From NCBI GenBank assembly GCA_951406725.2, contig OX597820.1:90644001-90708000 (forward strand): a DNA stretch of 64,000 bases. The letters are read 5' to 3'. Made by a program: the position numbers and the translations under genes. Below, piece by piece: positions 38,760-53,434 of this stretch; the first letter of the stretch is position 1, and every line of letters begins with the position of its first letter. This stretch comes from Octopus vulgaris (Eukaryota). Below the pieces are notes generated by a model. That model ran no database searches and was not told the DNA's origin. It saw nothing but the letters and a program-made list of their open reading frames with translations.

Positions 38760-39055
38760 TAGCGCTCCGTCGGTTACGAAGGCATGGATACGATCAACGT
38801 AACACCCTGCTCGTGAAATTAACGTGCATGTAGCTGAGCATTCCACTGATACGTGTACCCTTAACGTATTTCTCAGGGAGATTCAGCGTGGCATAGACTG
38901 TGACAAGGCTGGCCCCTTTGAAATACAGGCACTACTCATTTTTGCCAGTTGAGTGGATTGGAACAATGCGAAATAAAGTGTCATGCTCGAGGACAGAACT
39001 AACGACCTTGCGACCGTGAGCCAAATACACTAGCCACTAAGCCACGCGCCTTCAC
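38760..39055 (-). mobile_element. tRNA-derived SINE family D
   Basis: Reverse-complement head GAAGGCGCGTGGCTTAGTGG; body CACGCTGAATCTCCCTGAGAA..CGTTAAGGGTACACG shared with 51670-51913 and 52893-53215. Confidence 0.8.
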
Positions 39056-40876
39056 ACACACACATATATATATTAACATATGTTGCCACATCAATAAAAT
39101 TCAATATAATATGAAGAAAGTTTCAACCAATTCTGAAAATTTATACCCCAGTCTTTCCTTTGAATATTAAAATACTAGAAAAAAATCCAACATTATCAAT
39201 AAAAACTAAATACATAAAACTAGAAATTTACAATCCGATAGTAGTACATTAAGATAATGTTCTATTATGAGATTGTAATTTACTAAATAAAAGCTACAAA
39301 TCATTTTAATGATCTCTCTGAAACACAGTTATTCATCCTAACGGATATATAATGAATAATAAAATAAACAGGTGGTACTGCATGATAAATTGAATCGTAA
39401 GAAAATTGCTTAATTCAACTCATGTGTACTCAGAATGCTTGTGATGTATTACCTTGTTTTACATTCAGTTAGATACAGATCAATAAGGGAAACAATTCAA
39501 TATGATTTTCAATCTTCATCCGTCTCCAATCAAATTTATGTAGACTTAATTGAATTTAGAAAGTGTATTAACAATTGGAAGACTGAAAAATTATAGACTC
39601 GCAATTGAAAAACTTAACCATTTCTCAAACGAGTTTACTGTTTAGCAAAGTGAAGTGTAGCAGGGTGGTGTAAGAAACGTGAATTATTAATAATACGAAA
39701 AGTCATTTCTTAAATCTCCTACGAGAGCTATTGGTTTCTGGATTTCAATTGTCTATTCTTCTCTAAATGAAGAACTGACAGAAAACATAGCTTACAGGAT
39801 CGTTTGTTTTTAAGAAATTACGCAGATTAAAATGCTACAGTCTATTCTTTTGGACAGTCCAACAACACTGGTATACTTTATCAGATAACAGTACACACTT
39901 CACTCGACATCTTCCAATATAGGGTGATGCGTTCTCGTACTACTTATAACTTCATATCAAGAATACGAAACCTCTTGAATTGCTGTTATTATGTTTACTA
40001 TATTTGCGTGTAATGCTCATTCCCAGAATCCAGTCGTTGCTGCTATGTTTTTGCATCGTTCTGATTGTGTTCCTTCATGACTTTGATAGAAAGTTTTCTT
40101 CTGTGCATCTCAATCAAATCCTTTATGACCACATCGTTCAACTGAGAGCCTATAGGATTATCGATGCATACAATTTCCTCAACTTCAAGCACTGTCGCAA
40201 ATATATGAAAGTCTATTGAAGAGATATCAGGTCACAATCTTTTCTAAACAAAGCTCAAGCACTTAGAAGAAAACTCTGTCAATGATATTGGTATTAATGG
40301 TACAGTATCCGCTATGGTGAAGTGATTTCTCTGGAATTCTTTTAATGCAAGATCACCAAGTTAAGTTGCTTCAAACAGAACATCAAGAGTGACAGTAAAT
40401 ACCCTCACAAATTTCCTGTCATTTAGTGATCAAGAAAATTGATATTAAGATGCAAGGAATTACCTGTAAAATCAAATTTCTGTGTAATTTGGTTTATGAG
40501 TTTAGTAGGGCGTTTTGAAGCATTCTCCATAACATGAGGAAACTTTATGGGAAGACTCTACTCATATGCGTTGAGGGAAACGTATTGGAGAACGAAGCAA
40601 CGAAAAATATTCCTAATAACTCATACCTTCGATTTGAAGTTCATGGAAAACCTTTTTTCTTGTTGATGGTCTTGAAACCTCTACAGTATCTTTATTTGCA
40701 GTGAATTTGATTTGGCAGCTTCAGTATGCATTAGAACACTGTCACCAACCGAAAAACTTTTAAAAGATTTGAGTTTAGAACGCACCCTTACTTCCATTAA
40801 TTCGATTGTCTTTGAGTCAGTATCAACTCGGTTATTAGGTTTCTCTAGGATTCTCTCTATCTCTTTCTTTCTATCC

Positions 40877-40907
<31 letters not shown>

Positions 40908-41949
40908 CCTCTCTCTCTCTCTCTCACTCAAGGAGCTCATTAAGAGACAGTTTTTTACAAAGAAATAATTCATTAACTGAGTCATCAAATAATTGCTTTT
41001 CTATGGTCCTCATAAGCGACAAATTTTCCATCTCATTCGTATGCAAGGCACGGAATTATTAAGTTTGCCTAGATCTTCGGTCACCGAAACACTTTGTAGC
41101 TGGTCCTTATATTTTTTACCAAAATAGTATATTGTATATATGATCCAGCTATCGTCTATATTAGCTTCACTTAAATTAACAGCACTTCCTCTCTTAAAAG
41201 TAACTTGAATCTTTATTGTTACAGTAATGGTCTTTCACGCAGGCTTTATCTTTGCTTTCGCGAATAATTTTTAAACGAAGATAAATGACAACACACTGAT
41301 TTTCATGAAAAGTTAAATTTATATTTATTAATTTCTTTTCTTTGTTGCAAGAAAAAAAAAAGAATCTGCTGGTTCTGTCTCAAATTAAATAGCCAACCTT
41401 AAGTACGCAGCGATATCGACGGAACACATGTGGTAAACCAATTTGTCTTTATGTGCAGAGCGGAACGTGTTTTGTTTAAGAAATAACGAATTCCTCACGC
41501 GGAGGCTTCAATCTGTGTGGATAATAGTCTTGCTTACTTTCGGTTTCACACAACATTAAAACAATAGAATGAGCTAAGTGAAACAATTAAAAAGGACTTA
41601 AACTTTTTAAATGGTTTTTTGCTTTGCAAACAGATGAATTCAAACAAAATTTGGAAGGGGAACATAGTTATCATTCGTTAATATATATTTAAAGTCCTTG
41701 TTTTCTATGATTGTTTCCCTGAGTTTCGCTGTAATAAACGCCCAATTCCAAAAGAGTCTATTGCATATTTGTACTATATGGTAATATGATACTTTACACA
41801 TTATTCATTATATATTGTACTATACGAAGGTACCCTGCATATGTGCATTATAATAGATATAATACTATATAATATCCTATCATACGTATAATGCTTTACA
41901 GCGCACATCAGTTCTTTGTAGTGCATATAACACTGCATAGTGTACATTG

Positions 41950-42640
41950 TTTACCCTGTGTGGAAATTCATGTCATATTGACCGTTATGTATTATTACCC
42001 TAGGGTCTCTTCTACCCCTTCGAGTGTTGTAGGTTTTATTTATTGTTAGCTGCTAATTATTGTTTGAGTTCTTTTGGTGTTAGTATATTTGTTACTAGAA
42101 AAACAGTGCCTTAGTTTTTCAATGTTTATAGTGTAAAACAAAGCTTGGTATTTCATGAGATTTGGTGCAATGTACAATCTCTTTGATCATTATTCTTAAT
42201 ATTCTTTCATCGGTTTTATGATGTCTATTCACTTGGTTTTTGTAGTAAATTTTGCATCTGTTGTCTAATTTGTATTTTGTCTTTGAGTGTTTGGGTTATT
42301 TATTTTCTGGTAAAATCTTATGTGATTTTTATCTACAAATTTGTTAGTACATCCATTGTTAATTAGATTTTGTTTAAAACGTTTTACTTTTTTCAGATGA
42401 TGTTCCGTGCTAGAGGATATTAACAGTGTTCTTTTAAGTAGATATTTAATGAGAGGTGTCTTATATTTATACGGACATTAGCTCTGTACATTTAAATATA
42501 TGCTGCTATTGTGTTTCATTTTTCTTGCCTACTGAAGCGCTTTCGTGATTATCATGACTAAAGTAGTGATTTCAAACATTGTCACAAGACCACGCATTTC
42601 TCAGGAAGAGAATGTTCGTTAAATACAGCTAAGTAATTTA
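41950..42640 (-). mobile_element. Penelope-like element remnant (RT thumb and linker)
   Basis: CPYKYKTPLIKYLLKRTLLISS..KQNLINNGC.NKFVD and DERILRIMIKEIV..LHYK..TK. Confidence 0.65.
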
Positions 42641-42770
42641 CTCGTACGTTTTTATTAAGTACAGGAAAGATGAAAGACAAAGTCGTCCTTGACAAGATTA
42701 TATGTGTGTGGTTGTGTGTGTGTATCTAAGTATGTAAACACATAGATACATACGTACAAGCATAAATTAC

Positions 42771-42854
<84 letters not shown>

Positions 42855-42916
42855 CTATGTATGGAGATAGATAAATAGGTACATACATAAATTACATACT
42901 TACGCATAATATATAT

Positions 42917-42958
<42 letters not shown>

Positions 42959-44399
42959 GGACGGATAGATAGAATATGAATATATAGATATCTATCTATC
43001 TATCTATGTATATATATATATATACATATATATATATTTGTATATATATATATATCGATAGAGAGAGAGAAGGGGTGAGAGAGAGAGAGAAGAAGAAGAG
43101 AGAGAATCGTTAAATCGTGGAAATACCATTTTTGCCATTTAACTGTTAAATTCAATTCTCATTTATTTCTTAATGTGTGAAAAATCTATAAAAATTAGGT
43201 TCATGACGTATAGATTGAATTTTATTTTTACTGTAATGTGTAAAAAGAGGGAGGGGCAAATGGTAATAGAGATATAATATCAATACAATCACACCTATAT
43301 GTATTCATTTGAATAAAATCACACTTGCACCACGAGAGAAGTGTACCAAAAATAACTTCTATTTATACTTTTCAGACGGAAAATGCATGAATTAAAAGCC
43401 AACCAACATGACAAGTAACGATGATAAGAATAAAAATATGGCAGAACGAAAGGGTTGAAGAAAGAACGAAAGCGAAAAACGAGGAGGGAAGGTTATAAAG
43501 GTAGGTAAAAAAGAAGTTGTTAGCAGACAACCGAATGGAGTCTGGATATGATGGACGACAACCGATGTCAATGAGTCAAATAATACCCATATCCGTACGT
43601 TCTGCAAAAAGCAAACTGTGATCTATAAATAATTCCGCTTCACTGTGTTACCAACAGTTGCAGTGTAACAGTGCTAATGTCCAGGTCAGCAGTGCGACGA
43701 ACAAATTGACATCTCATGTGAGTACTTTGTGATGACTAATATGATTCTTCCTCGATGTTATTTTTGCAATATCACAGATCAAGTTATTCTACACAAAAGT
43801 GAGACCCACACACATATGAGACAGTGCTGCTGTTATGTACACAAACACCGCGTCTAGAGAAGTGTCAATGGAGACCGTCATTTACTCACCAAGAAATCCA
43901 CTTCAATCTTTGTTCCACCGGTGTGCTCTATCCTATTTGTGAATTTTCGGTCACTACTATACTGTTCTATACTCCTCGAGGGTAGATGGTATCGTATCTC
44001 CACCACTGAAGTAGTTATATCTATTTGTTTCTTCACCGTCCATTACTCTTCTTGCGTTCACCTCTCTCCGATCCACACACATTACTATCCTCATTCCCTC
44101 CTCCCTATATTATCAGCCTTTTGGAATCTCTACTTTGTTCATGTTTATTGCTGTGTGTGAGAATACAAATGAGTTTGCAAGACTGTATATAAAATTAGAG
44201 CAATTCACATACAATTTCCAATGTGAATCATAGCAAAAATATTTGCGCTCAGATCGAGGCTAACCAGTCAAAAGTGCTACAGTCATGAACGTGTTGATAC
44301 TTTTGTATTTCATGGACTATATCAATTTTTTAACTTTTCATTTTAAAGATAATAGAGAAAGATTTGAAGTCTACTTGGCTGTTATTTCTAACATGCCGT

Positions 44400-45012
44400 A
44401 CGACTGCTGTTCATCAGCCCATGTGTGAGTGAATTCGCAACGGCACGAATCAGTGGACAAAGTTGTTACTTAATTACTGCTTGAGGTGACAGCAAAAACA
44501 AAATCTACCTGCAGTCTTGATCTCATTCAAGGGGGACGCGTTTGGGTGCCGGTTACCTGGCAACCGAATATCATGGCTACTTCATCGGAAAAGACAAGAG
44601 ACGATGCAAACCTTAACGTTGTAGATCTCAGCACTCATGACGATTTAGGTATGAGGCACCATGTTCTGCCATGTTAAACTGGGGATAGTTTGGGACGTTC
44701 TGATATGGAACACTTCTAGTTGACTAATCTTTCTATGCGGTTTCCTTCCCAATAGGTTGGAGGCTTTGACTGTTAATTAGAAGGCATGGAGGTCCCTGTG
44801 AGATGGTGGAGGAGGGGATTTGAAACCAAACGTAGACGACTGCATGTAGAGTGGAAGAAACGTCATCAACCCCTGCTGCTGTTATTCAGTACCTGCAGTG
44901 CCACAGGGTCTCCCTAGCTTGTATCGGTCTTCTCAGCCACATGGAATCCTAGAGGTGAAAGTGAATGAATGTCCTGGGTCGATGCTGTCATCGCCTTTGA
45001 TGGACCATCGTA
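44400..45012 (+). mobile_element. RTE-derived element (3' coding end preceded by non-coding sequence)
   Basis: 44750-44955 encodes EAL..AWRSL..FE.KRR and CHRVSLACIGLLSH, like an RTE C-terminus. The 5' boundary is uncertain. Confidence 0.5.
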
Positions 45013-45274
45013 AAGAAGCAAATTCAATTAAAGAGGTATTATCATAATTTCGCTAATATTGATGTCGTAATTTCCACCTGTTTGAAATTATGAAAACAGT
45101 GTCTGAATATTGCGAAGCGTTTCCGACAATTTAAGCCAGGATCTATTTTTCAACTAAATGATCTAACATGTCAGTTTATGTACTATCTTTTACTATGCTT
45201 TCGACCAGAAATATAGGGAAGAAAATACGACATGCACATATTCACACATACCTTCAATATATATACATACAAAC

Positions 45275-45305
<31 letters not shown>

Positions 45306-45314
45306 AATATATAT

Positions 45315-45348
<34 letters not shown>

Positions 45349-45699
45349 GTGCGTGTGTGTGTGTGTGTGTGTGTGTTAGTAAATTTATATGTGTGTTTGA
45401 GTGCGTGCACTCGCGCACGTGTATTCATGCATGTTTTGTTGAGCGCTGTGAACAACTACTTTGCAATGCCGAGGAAGTTTGTTCATCAACCTTGTATATT
45501 TTTTGCGCTCAGCCAACGAGTATCAACTTTTTCTCGTCTGCTAAAATTTGGCTTTCGTAATATGCTTGAGGTTTTACTTAAATTTGGGGGCCAGTTCCAG
45601 CTATGACATCAGCTTCTTTTTTATCTGATATGTTAATTCTAGTCGCCAATACATACAGACGTCGAAGAGGGGTTGAAAAGTATATAGGCTGACTATGAA

Positions 45700-46862
45700 A
45701 GAGTGACGCTAGAGCTGCGAAATCTTGCGTGCATTAATTTCAGATCTTCTTGATAAATGCATTGTTTCTTTGCAGGTAAACTGACATATGAGTGTTCAAA
45801 GAAGACTTCAAATGTAACTCTAAGCGACTTCTCTTGAAAACGGATAACATTTGGCATCGTGATGTTCTCAAGTACCTGCAGAACAATAGTTTGGTCCTCA
45901 AAGACATTCATACATTAGAGCATGGTGCTCCAGCTTTATGAACAGTTGAAAAGTGGGCAGCTGCATTTAGGGGGAGAAGGGAGAATTTATGAATTGATCC
46001 ATAGTTTGGACGTCCTGCAGCTGCCACCACTGAGAAAGACATTGATCGCACCCACCACATAGTGATGGGTGACTGGCGATTGACTATAAATCCATAAACT
46101 TGGCATGATGAATGATTGTGATCGGTGGGTGCCTCGTCTTCTGACACCTAATCTGTAGTGCACCAGGTTGATCATAATATCACAGAAGAATGTGATATTA
46201 TTTTAAGGCAGATCCAGTTGGTTTCCTTGAAGATTCCCTTTTCAAGATGTGCTGAGTTTATCATACTGAGCCAAAGACAAAGAGAGAGTACATGTAATGG
46301 AAACACCACTCCTCACCTGCTCCAGAAAAAGCCAAAGTCGATTCATCTGCAGAGGTGATGGCCTTAGTTTCTGGGGGATGTAAAATTCATTGTGGCTATT
46401 GATTATCTTAAAAAGGGCCTTACAATTAATGGAGAGTAATATGCCAAATTGCTGAGGCAGTTACAAAAGTCTATCAATACTAAACACTCAGGAAAACTGA
46501 CGAAAGTGGTCTTGTTTTATCAGGACAATGCTCCAGCACACAAGACCTTGGTTTCAATGGTTGATTTGCTTGAATGTGGCTTTGAAGGGGTTAATCAGCC
46601 TCCATATTCTCCTAATTTGTCTCAATCTGACTATCATCTGTTCCTCAGCGTGAGAAATCACTTGACTAGGAACCACTATCGCAGCGATGAGAATGTCATA
46701 TCTGCAGGTAATGTCTTTTTGACCAAACGGATGAAAGCGACTCCAGCAATGGAATCCAAGCGTTGTAATCCGATGGTATAAGTGTGTGGATGCAAAGAGG
46801 AGTATGTTGAATGATAAATCTAATTTAGTAACATTCAATGAAAATATCTTGATCAGCCTGAG
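45700..46862 (+). mobile_element. Decayed mariner (DD34D, irritans/Hsmar2-like)
   Basis: VEKWAAAF..GRPAAATT, VLFYQDNAPAH, PPYSPNLSQSDYHLF. Confidence 0.85.
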
Positions 46863-47379
46863 AAATATGTGATTTTCGGTAATTTAGAAAAATTCCCAAT
46901 GATATAATTTCTTTATTTTAACGATTAAAATTGAATTGTTATCTACAAGACTTTTTAATAATAACAGCAAAGTTATATTATTACAAAGCCTTTACTACAC
47001 AACTTCGATTATGTCGAATGAATCAGAGAAAAATACTAATAATACTTTGTACTATGGGAACAAAGCATAACAGTTGGGAGTGGGTAACTAGTCGATTAAA
47101 TCAACACCAATGCTCAAAAAGTATTTATTTCACCGAACCCGTAATTATGACAGGAATAGTTGTTCTCGGTTGGTTTTGAGCTCAAAACATACAAAGCCAG
47201 AAAAATGCCGCAAAGCCTTTTGTTCGCCGCCTCATCTAAAAGACAAAGAATAAATATAGACACCTGGAGTACGATATAGGATCTTGAGACAGATAAAGTA
47301 TCGTCTGAGAATCGATAGCTAAGAATGTTTGCAAAACAGATAAAATGCTCCTTATAAAAGTAGTCATGGAAAGTACTGA

Positions 47380-48110
47380 TTAGTAACTTTTCACTTTTAA
47401 AAGGCAACCATAAAATCACAAAAATGGTACTAAAAATGGTCCAATACTTTGGTTCCATGTGGACGACATATGGATAATTTTACGTGATTTGCATACCGAT
47501 TGACCAACAAAGATGTTACAATAAATTCCCAAGTTATTTTTAAATAGTTTATGTATGTATTTTATTTGTATTTATTTGTATGAGTATGGTATAAACATGT
47601 GCTTAGTATTTAGGACAGTCGAGCTACAAAGGTAGCATAGGTTGAGAAAATATTACAAGAAAAAAAAACATTTCATCGTTGGAAAACACATCGTTAGCAT
47701 CCAAGAAATAACAGAAAACATTTTGCTTCTGGCACATTATTTCAAACTAGTTTTGGTGAAGCTATTTGTTAAAGCTTTATAAAACGAAGTTGTCTCCTTC
47801 AAATAACTAAGGGTTAAATTCCTTACTCTAAGTGAAGGGTAATTGAAAGCAACAATTTTTGATGGATTTTATCTCAGAATGTTATTGAAAGATGAACTAT
47901 TCAGAAGTTTACTTAAACCTGCTGAGAAAAATGCCTGCATCGCAATCATAGAATCTGTAGAAAACATTTTGGATGATAGCAAATATAAAAATTATGAAAT
48001 CTAGAGAGCAAATTTCTTTTTTCCTGCTAAAAACTCAGATGCAACGTAAATATTGAAGTGCATCATAGGTTTAATACGAAGACATTTGAAAATAAGATCG
48101 AAAAATATGC
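47380..48110 (+). mobile_element. Chapaev3-like (CMC) transposase remnant
   Basis: ILLLAHYFKLVLVKLFVKAL..KFLTLSEG..IFDG..LLKD..AEKNA resembles the LPPLHIKLGLMKQFVKAL..KFP.LS..GIF.G motif. Confidence 0.65.
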
Positions 48111-49092
48111 GGAAAAGAAATCTGTAACCTAGTCTCTGGAAACGGATTGACTTATGATGTCTCTTGCACAGTAAGGTCACATCAGTCTATGCAGAACTAA
48201 AGTCTTTGTCATTGTCACAAAGGTCAAAATGGTTGTGGATGACTTAATTTTGTACACTATAACGAAGGGATCAACTCTATACTATCGAAACATTAATAAC
48301 ACAGTAACGAAAATTCGTTGCATTGTCTTCAGATTTTACTAAAACACTTATTTTGTACACATTTACATTGAGAAAAGAAGGAAATACCTGGAGAGAAACT
48401 CACTTCATTCACACGACAACGATTATGCCTAGCTCCACAGTCTCAGATAGGCAGTTAAACATGGATGACGTTAAACAAATAAGAATCTCAGAGCATATCG
48501 TAGCTTGATACTCTGCCCAGTAGACGGAATTACCTCTTCAGATTTTATGAAGCATATGGAAAGCTACAGTGTCCCGAGGCTAAGACAGGGAGAAAGCTCA
48601 TGAGAAAGTATGCTGCTCAATAGGAGATAGAATATCACATTTATTACAAGGATGCTGGACAGAACATTCGAAAATATATATAAATGCTAAATAGTGAAAT
48701 GAAATATCGAAAACATTACCAAGCCTCCGGAGTGTGTAACTCCACATCTTTCAACCATTTAAGGTGTGCAGAAGTGTGACATCTTAATGGATCTCTTAGC
48801 TAAATAAATGCGGGCAGAAATTTGTGGGAACTATAACCAGATTAACACAAGAAAACCAAATATGTTACCATGACATCAATAAATCATTCAATGTGAGCCT
48901 TTTAAAAATTCTGTATCATTAAAGTAACGAGAGAGTGTTGTAGCTAGATGACATGTCTAATATTAAATATCCCACATTCGATCCTACCCTGGTAGATCCT
49001 CATTGCAATATATTTGTCCTTTATGCCATAAATATAGTATATTCATATCCAAATATCAACAATTGTCCCGGGGGGAAAATAATAATAATAAA

Positions 49093-49662
49093 TACCCTGA
49101 TACAGTATCAGACAGTGGCTCTCGTGGCTTCTGATCTTAACAGATTGGAAGTGTTATCATGTACCTTGTTTTGTCTTGGTATAAATGATGGGCTACAGCA
49201 AATATTCTGCTCAATACAACACAGATTTGCTTGTCAGTTGTTTGACCTTAACCAGTTGAGCATGTTCCTTAGTGGCTGACGATATGTGCATCTCTGATCA
49301 CGAGCAGAAGTAGTGAGGGAGCATCATAGCCATGTGTTGAGAGAGATTCTTTGGATTTTGAATAATTCACCTCTGGAAAAATGGGTGCTTCGTTCAACAT
49401 CCTTAAACAACCCTTATTCAGGGACCTTTTGAGCGGGATGGGTTACTCGACCAGAAGAAAATTCTATCTGGGCCCCACCTGCAAGGTTGTGTGCTGTTTA
49501 TCTTGATATGAGATCACCATGTCGCGCACATATGGTTGTGATGCATGTGCCTATCAGACGGGTAGTCATGATGGGTATACTGGGCTTTTTATATTTTACC
49601 CCTGTGTCACTTTGATGGCATGCACTGCTCTCTCACACAATAATAATAATAATAATAATAAT
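49093..49662 (+). mobile_element. ~550-bp non-coding element flanked by (TAA)n
   Basis: Abrupt GC-richer block between AATAATAATA and (TAA)8; no coding homology recognised. Confidence 0.5.
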
Positions 49663-51077
49663 TCATTGAATTATTAAGCAGTTCTTAACACTCACTCCTC
49701 TCTTTCATCCCAATACGTACGTATACTAAATACACAAACATGCTTATATACATGTATGCATATGTATATATTTATGTGTATCATTACATATGGGTGTATG
49801 TGTGTATACATATCTATATGTGTGTATGTTTACATATATGTGTGTGTGAGTGGGCGTGCGTCGATTTGTATGTGTGCGCACACGAGCATATATATTCATA
49901 TGAAACATAAATGTCCAATGTGATGTATACCAAAGATTTAATCTTACAGTTGTGATGGAATTAACAATTTCAGGGATATATGTGTGTTAGGCGTGTGTGC
50001 GTGTGTATGTGCGCGTGTGTGCTAATGTGTGTACTTACGTGCTTATTTTTGTGTGTGTGTGTGTGTGCACGCGTATGAAAGATTTACGAAGATGCACAGC
50101 GATTCAATAGTGATTAAATGAGAGATATGGGTAGTTTTCTATAAAAATTTCTTTCCGCAAAATTCTTATGCGCCAGTGCAGTCGTAACACACACGCACAC
50201 ACACGGAGACACGTATATATTCACATACACGAGGGCATCAGTAGTAACACATCCCGATATACTCAACATAATTCTGTTTTATATCGTGTATTAGTAAATC
50301 GAAGTATAAGCTGAAATGATATTTCTCTTGTAGGGGGGATATAAGTTTAGAGCAATATGCATATTAGTCTCCGACTATAAAGAATAATGATGTATCCATG
50401 TACGAAATTCATATCTGTATATATGTAGCAAGGAGGTTTTTGCATATATTAGTATTTGTTTTCTCTAACCCTGTGCATGCGTGTGTATGTATGCAAGAAT
50501 GGCACAAATTATATTAACAAATGAAGTTTACAATATTAAATATACGTTATAACATATCAGTGCGTATGACATCGCAGATACTTTCATTTTCTATACTATT
50601 AAGATGAGGCACATGAAATATATTAAACTAATCATCCGTCTGTATCGAAGAGGAGTATGACAGCTGTTCGACAAATGTCACTACCCAATCATTGTATTGC
50701 TATATAAGTAGCTGAGTATTCCACAAAAAATTCATTCCATCCTTGACGAATTCCTTGTGGGTTGAGCTTGATGTGACAGAGAGCATGATATTTATAACAC
50801 TAAGCCGTTTGTATTAGATATACAGCGCATTTCATAGCGTTTTCATTCACAAAACTTCACACACGACGACTTGTGTCCGCATACAGGAACGCATATGCAA
50901 CTGTATTTGCATGCGTGTTCGTGTTTGTGTATTTACGTTTTTATATTACATTATATACAGATTAACATCTATATGTCTGAATATATATGAGTTTAACTTT
51001 GTATGAATATATATTAGTTTTAACTGACAATATACCGTAGGTAATGCACCCATCATGTAAACCATTGTCAGTTAAAA

Positions 51078-51150
<73 letters not shown>

Positions 51151-51440
51151 TTGTGTGTGTGTAAATAATAGGGGTAAAAAATTGAATATTAATTTGATTA
51201 ATATCAATTTAAACAAGTGGCCTAGCATTTTGAAAAAAATCTGAGGATTCAGAAAATTATATTACATACATATAAGAGGGATGACTACTAAGAAGACATC
51301 CAATATTGGATGTCCACTTATTGGTCATCCCTCTCATTACTTAGATAACTTAGATATGTTTCGACCAAAGATTGGCCCAGGCCATGTCTAACTTAATAGC
51401 ACCACCTGATATATATATGATATAAATAAAATATATATAT

Positions 51441-51475
<35 letters not shown>

Positions 51476-51479
51476 ATTC

Positions 51480-51913
51480 TTTTCTTTAATTTGTTTCAGC
51501 CATTTGACTACGGCCGCGCTGGAGCAGCATCTTTCGTCGAACAAATAGTCATGAGGACTTTTTGTTTGTAGACCTAGTACTTATTCTATTCAGCTGTTTT
51601 GCCAAACCGCTAAGTTACGGGAGCATAAGCACATCAACATCGGTTGTCAAGCGATGGTGGGGGCCGTAAGGACCTCTGTTGGATACCCGGTGCTGCGTTG
51701 TGCTCTTTGGCAAGACACATTATTTCATGTTGCTCTAGTCCATTCAGTCATAATGAGTGACACCCGTATTTTAAAAGGCTGCCCCGTCACATTCCGTGTC
51801 ACGCTGAATCTCCTTGAAAATAACATTAAGCTTACGCCTGTGTATAAAACACTCAGCCGTATGCACGTCTATATCAGGAGCACGTAACCGTCAACGTAAC
51901 CGACGGGGTGCCA
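51480..51913. mobile_element. SINE A 3' part (minus, 51480-51660) abutting SINE D (plus, 51670-51913)
   Basis: Similarity to the other family A and D copies in the window. Confidence 0.75.
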
Positions 51914-51968
51914 CTATAGCATAGTATAGCATAGTATAGTATATTATACTATAGATAGACACATAGAA

Positions 51969-51969
51969 G

Positions 51970-52064
<95 letters not shown>

Positions 52065-52075
52065 GGATGGATGAA
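51969..52075. repeat. (GATA)n microsatellite
   Basis: Direct inspection. Confidence 0.95.
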
Positions 52076-52699
52076 TACTGTTCTTCGACTGCTACAAGGT
52101 TACTATGTATTCATAAGTTTATGCGCAGATCTCGCCAAGTGTTTTCCAAGAAGAATGGCAACTATCTACACCACTAATTTTATGTAAAAGAAAAGCTCCC
52201 TATTGCCCCGGAATATATTACCACTATTACTTTTAGTGATATGACTAAAGCTCCGTGACCCACAGCAATGGTTCGTACGTTTCTTATTCATATAGAAACG
52301 ATGAAAATGCAAATCTGATTTCGTCGGATTTCGAAGACAAAGTTATTTGAAAGTAAAAATTAAGAATTACACTGATGCATACCACCCAGCCCTCAAACAA
52401 CTCTGTCACTTTGCTGCCTTGTGTAATTACATACACAAGACAAAATACACAAGATTTGCACACACACACCATACGTGTATGTGTTTTATGATTATCATTG
52501 ACATATTACATATATACAGGTTCACTCATATATATATACTTACATACATACATATATATAGCTATATCGATATATGTTTATATATACATATACATATAAA
52601 TACGCATACATATATACATATACACATTGTATATTATTTATTATTCATTATTCAATTGAACGCGACGCATCCATTTTCAAGTATGTATGAATGTGTGTG

Positions 52700-52764
<65 letters not shown>

Positions 52765-52892
52765 CATACATATATATAGATAGATAGATATAGATATATA
52801 TATACACGCATTATATATTATTTATTGTTCAATTGTACGCGACGCATCCATTTCCAAGCAAGTATATGTGTGTGTGTGTTTATACACATAAG

Positions 52893-53215
52893 TTTGCCTT
52901 AGCGATTTAAGGATTACTGTATTCAGTTCCCGATCGTAAAGTCGTGAGTTAGATTTCCAGCGGTGCCTTCTGTCCTAGACAAAGCACTATATTTCGCATT
53001 GCTCCACTCTAGTCAGTTGGCAAAAACGAGTACCTGTTTCTCAAAGGGCAGGCTTTTAACACTCTGTGTCGCGCTTAACCCCATGTGAGAACTACGTTTA
53101 GGGTACGCGTTTTTGTGGAGTTCTCAGCTACCTGGTCGTTAATCTGTCGAGTTGGCTGTTTCATTGATTGGATCACTGGAACCTTCGTCGTCGAAACCGA
53201 CGAAATGCCAGTTAT
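52893..53215 (+). mobile_element. SINE family D
   Basis: Homologous to 38760-39055. Confidence 0.7.
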
Positions 53216-53234
53216 TTTTTTTACATGTATATAT

Positions 53235-53270
<36 letters not shown>

Positions 53271-53397
53271 CCCGCACGCATACTCATGTAATCTTATTAA
53301 ATACTTCTCACAAGGCTTGAACCAAAATACCATGAAGTGTACATCCCTCTCAAACACGTATGTGTGTAAGTGGGTGCGTGTGTTTTTCTATGTTAGC

Positions 53398-53434
<37 letters not shown>

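Noticed and set aside
43376-43500. Exon-like segment (TTTTCAG ... AAG|GTAGGT)
   Set aside because: Stops occur in all three frames from the acceptor and there are no partner exons; a non-coding exon cannot be excluded.
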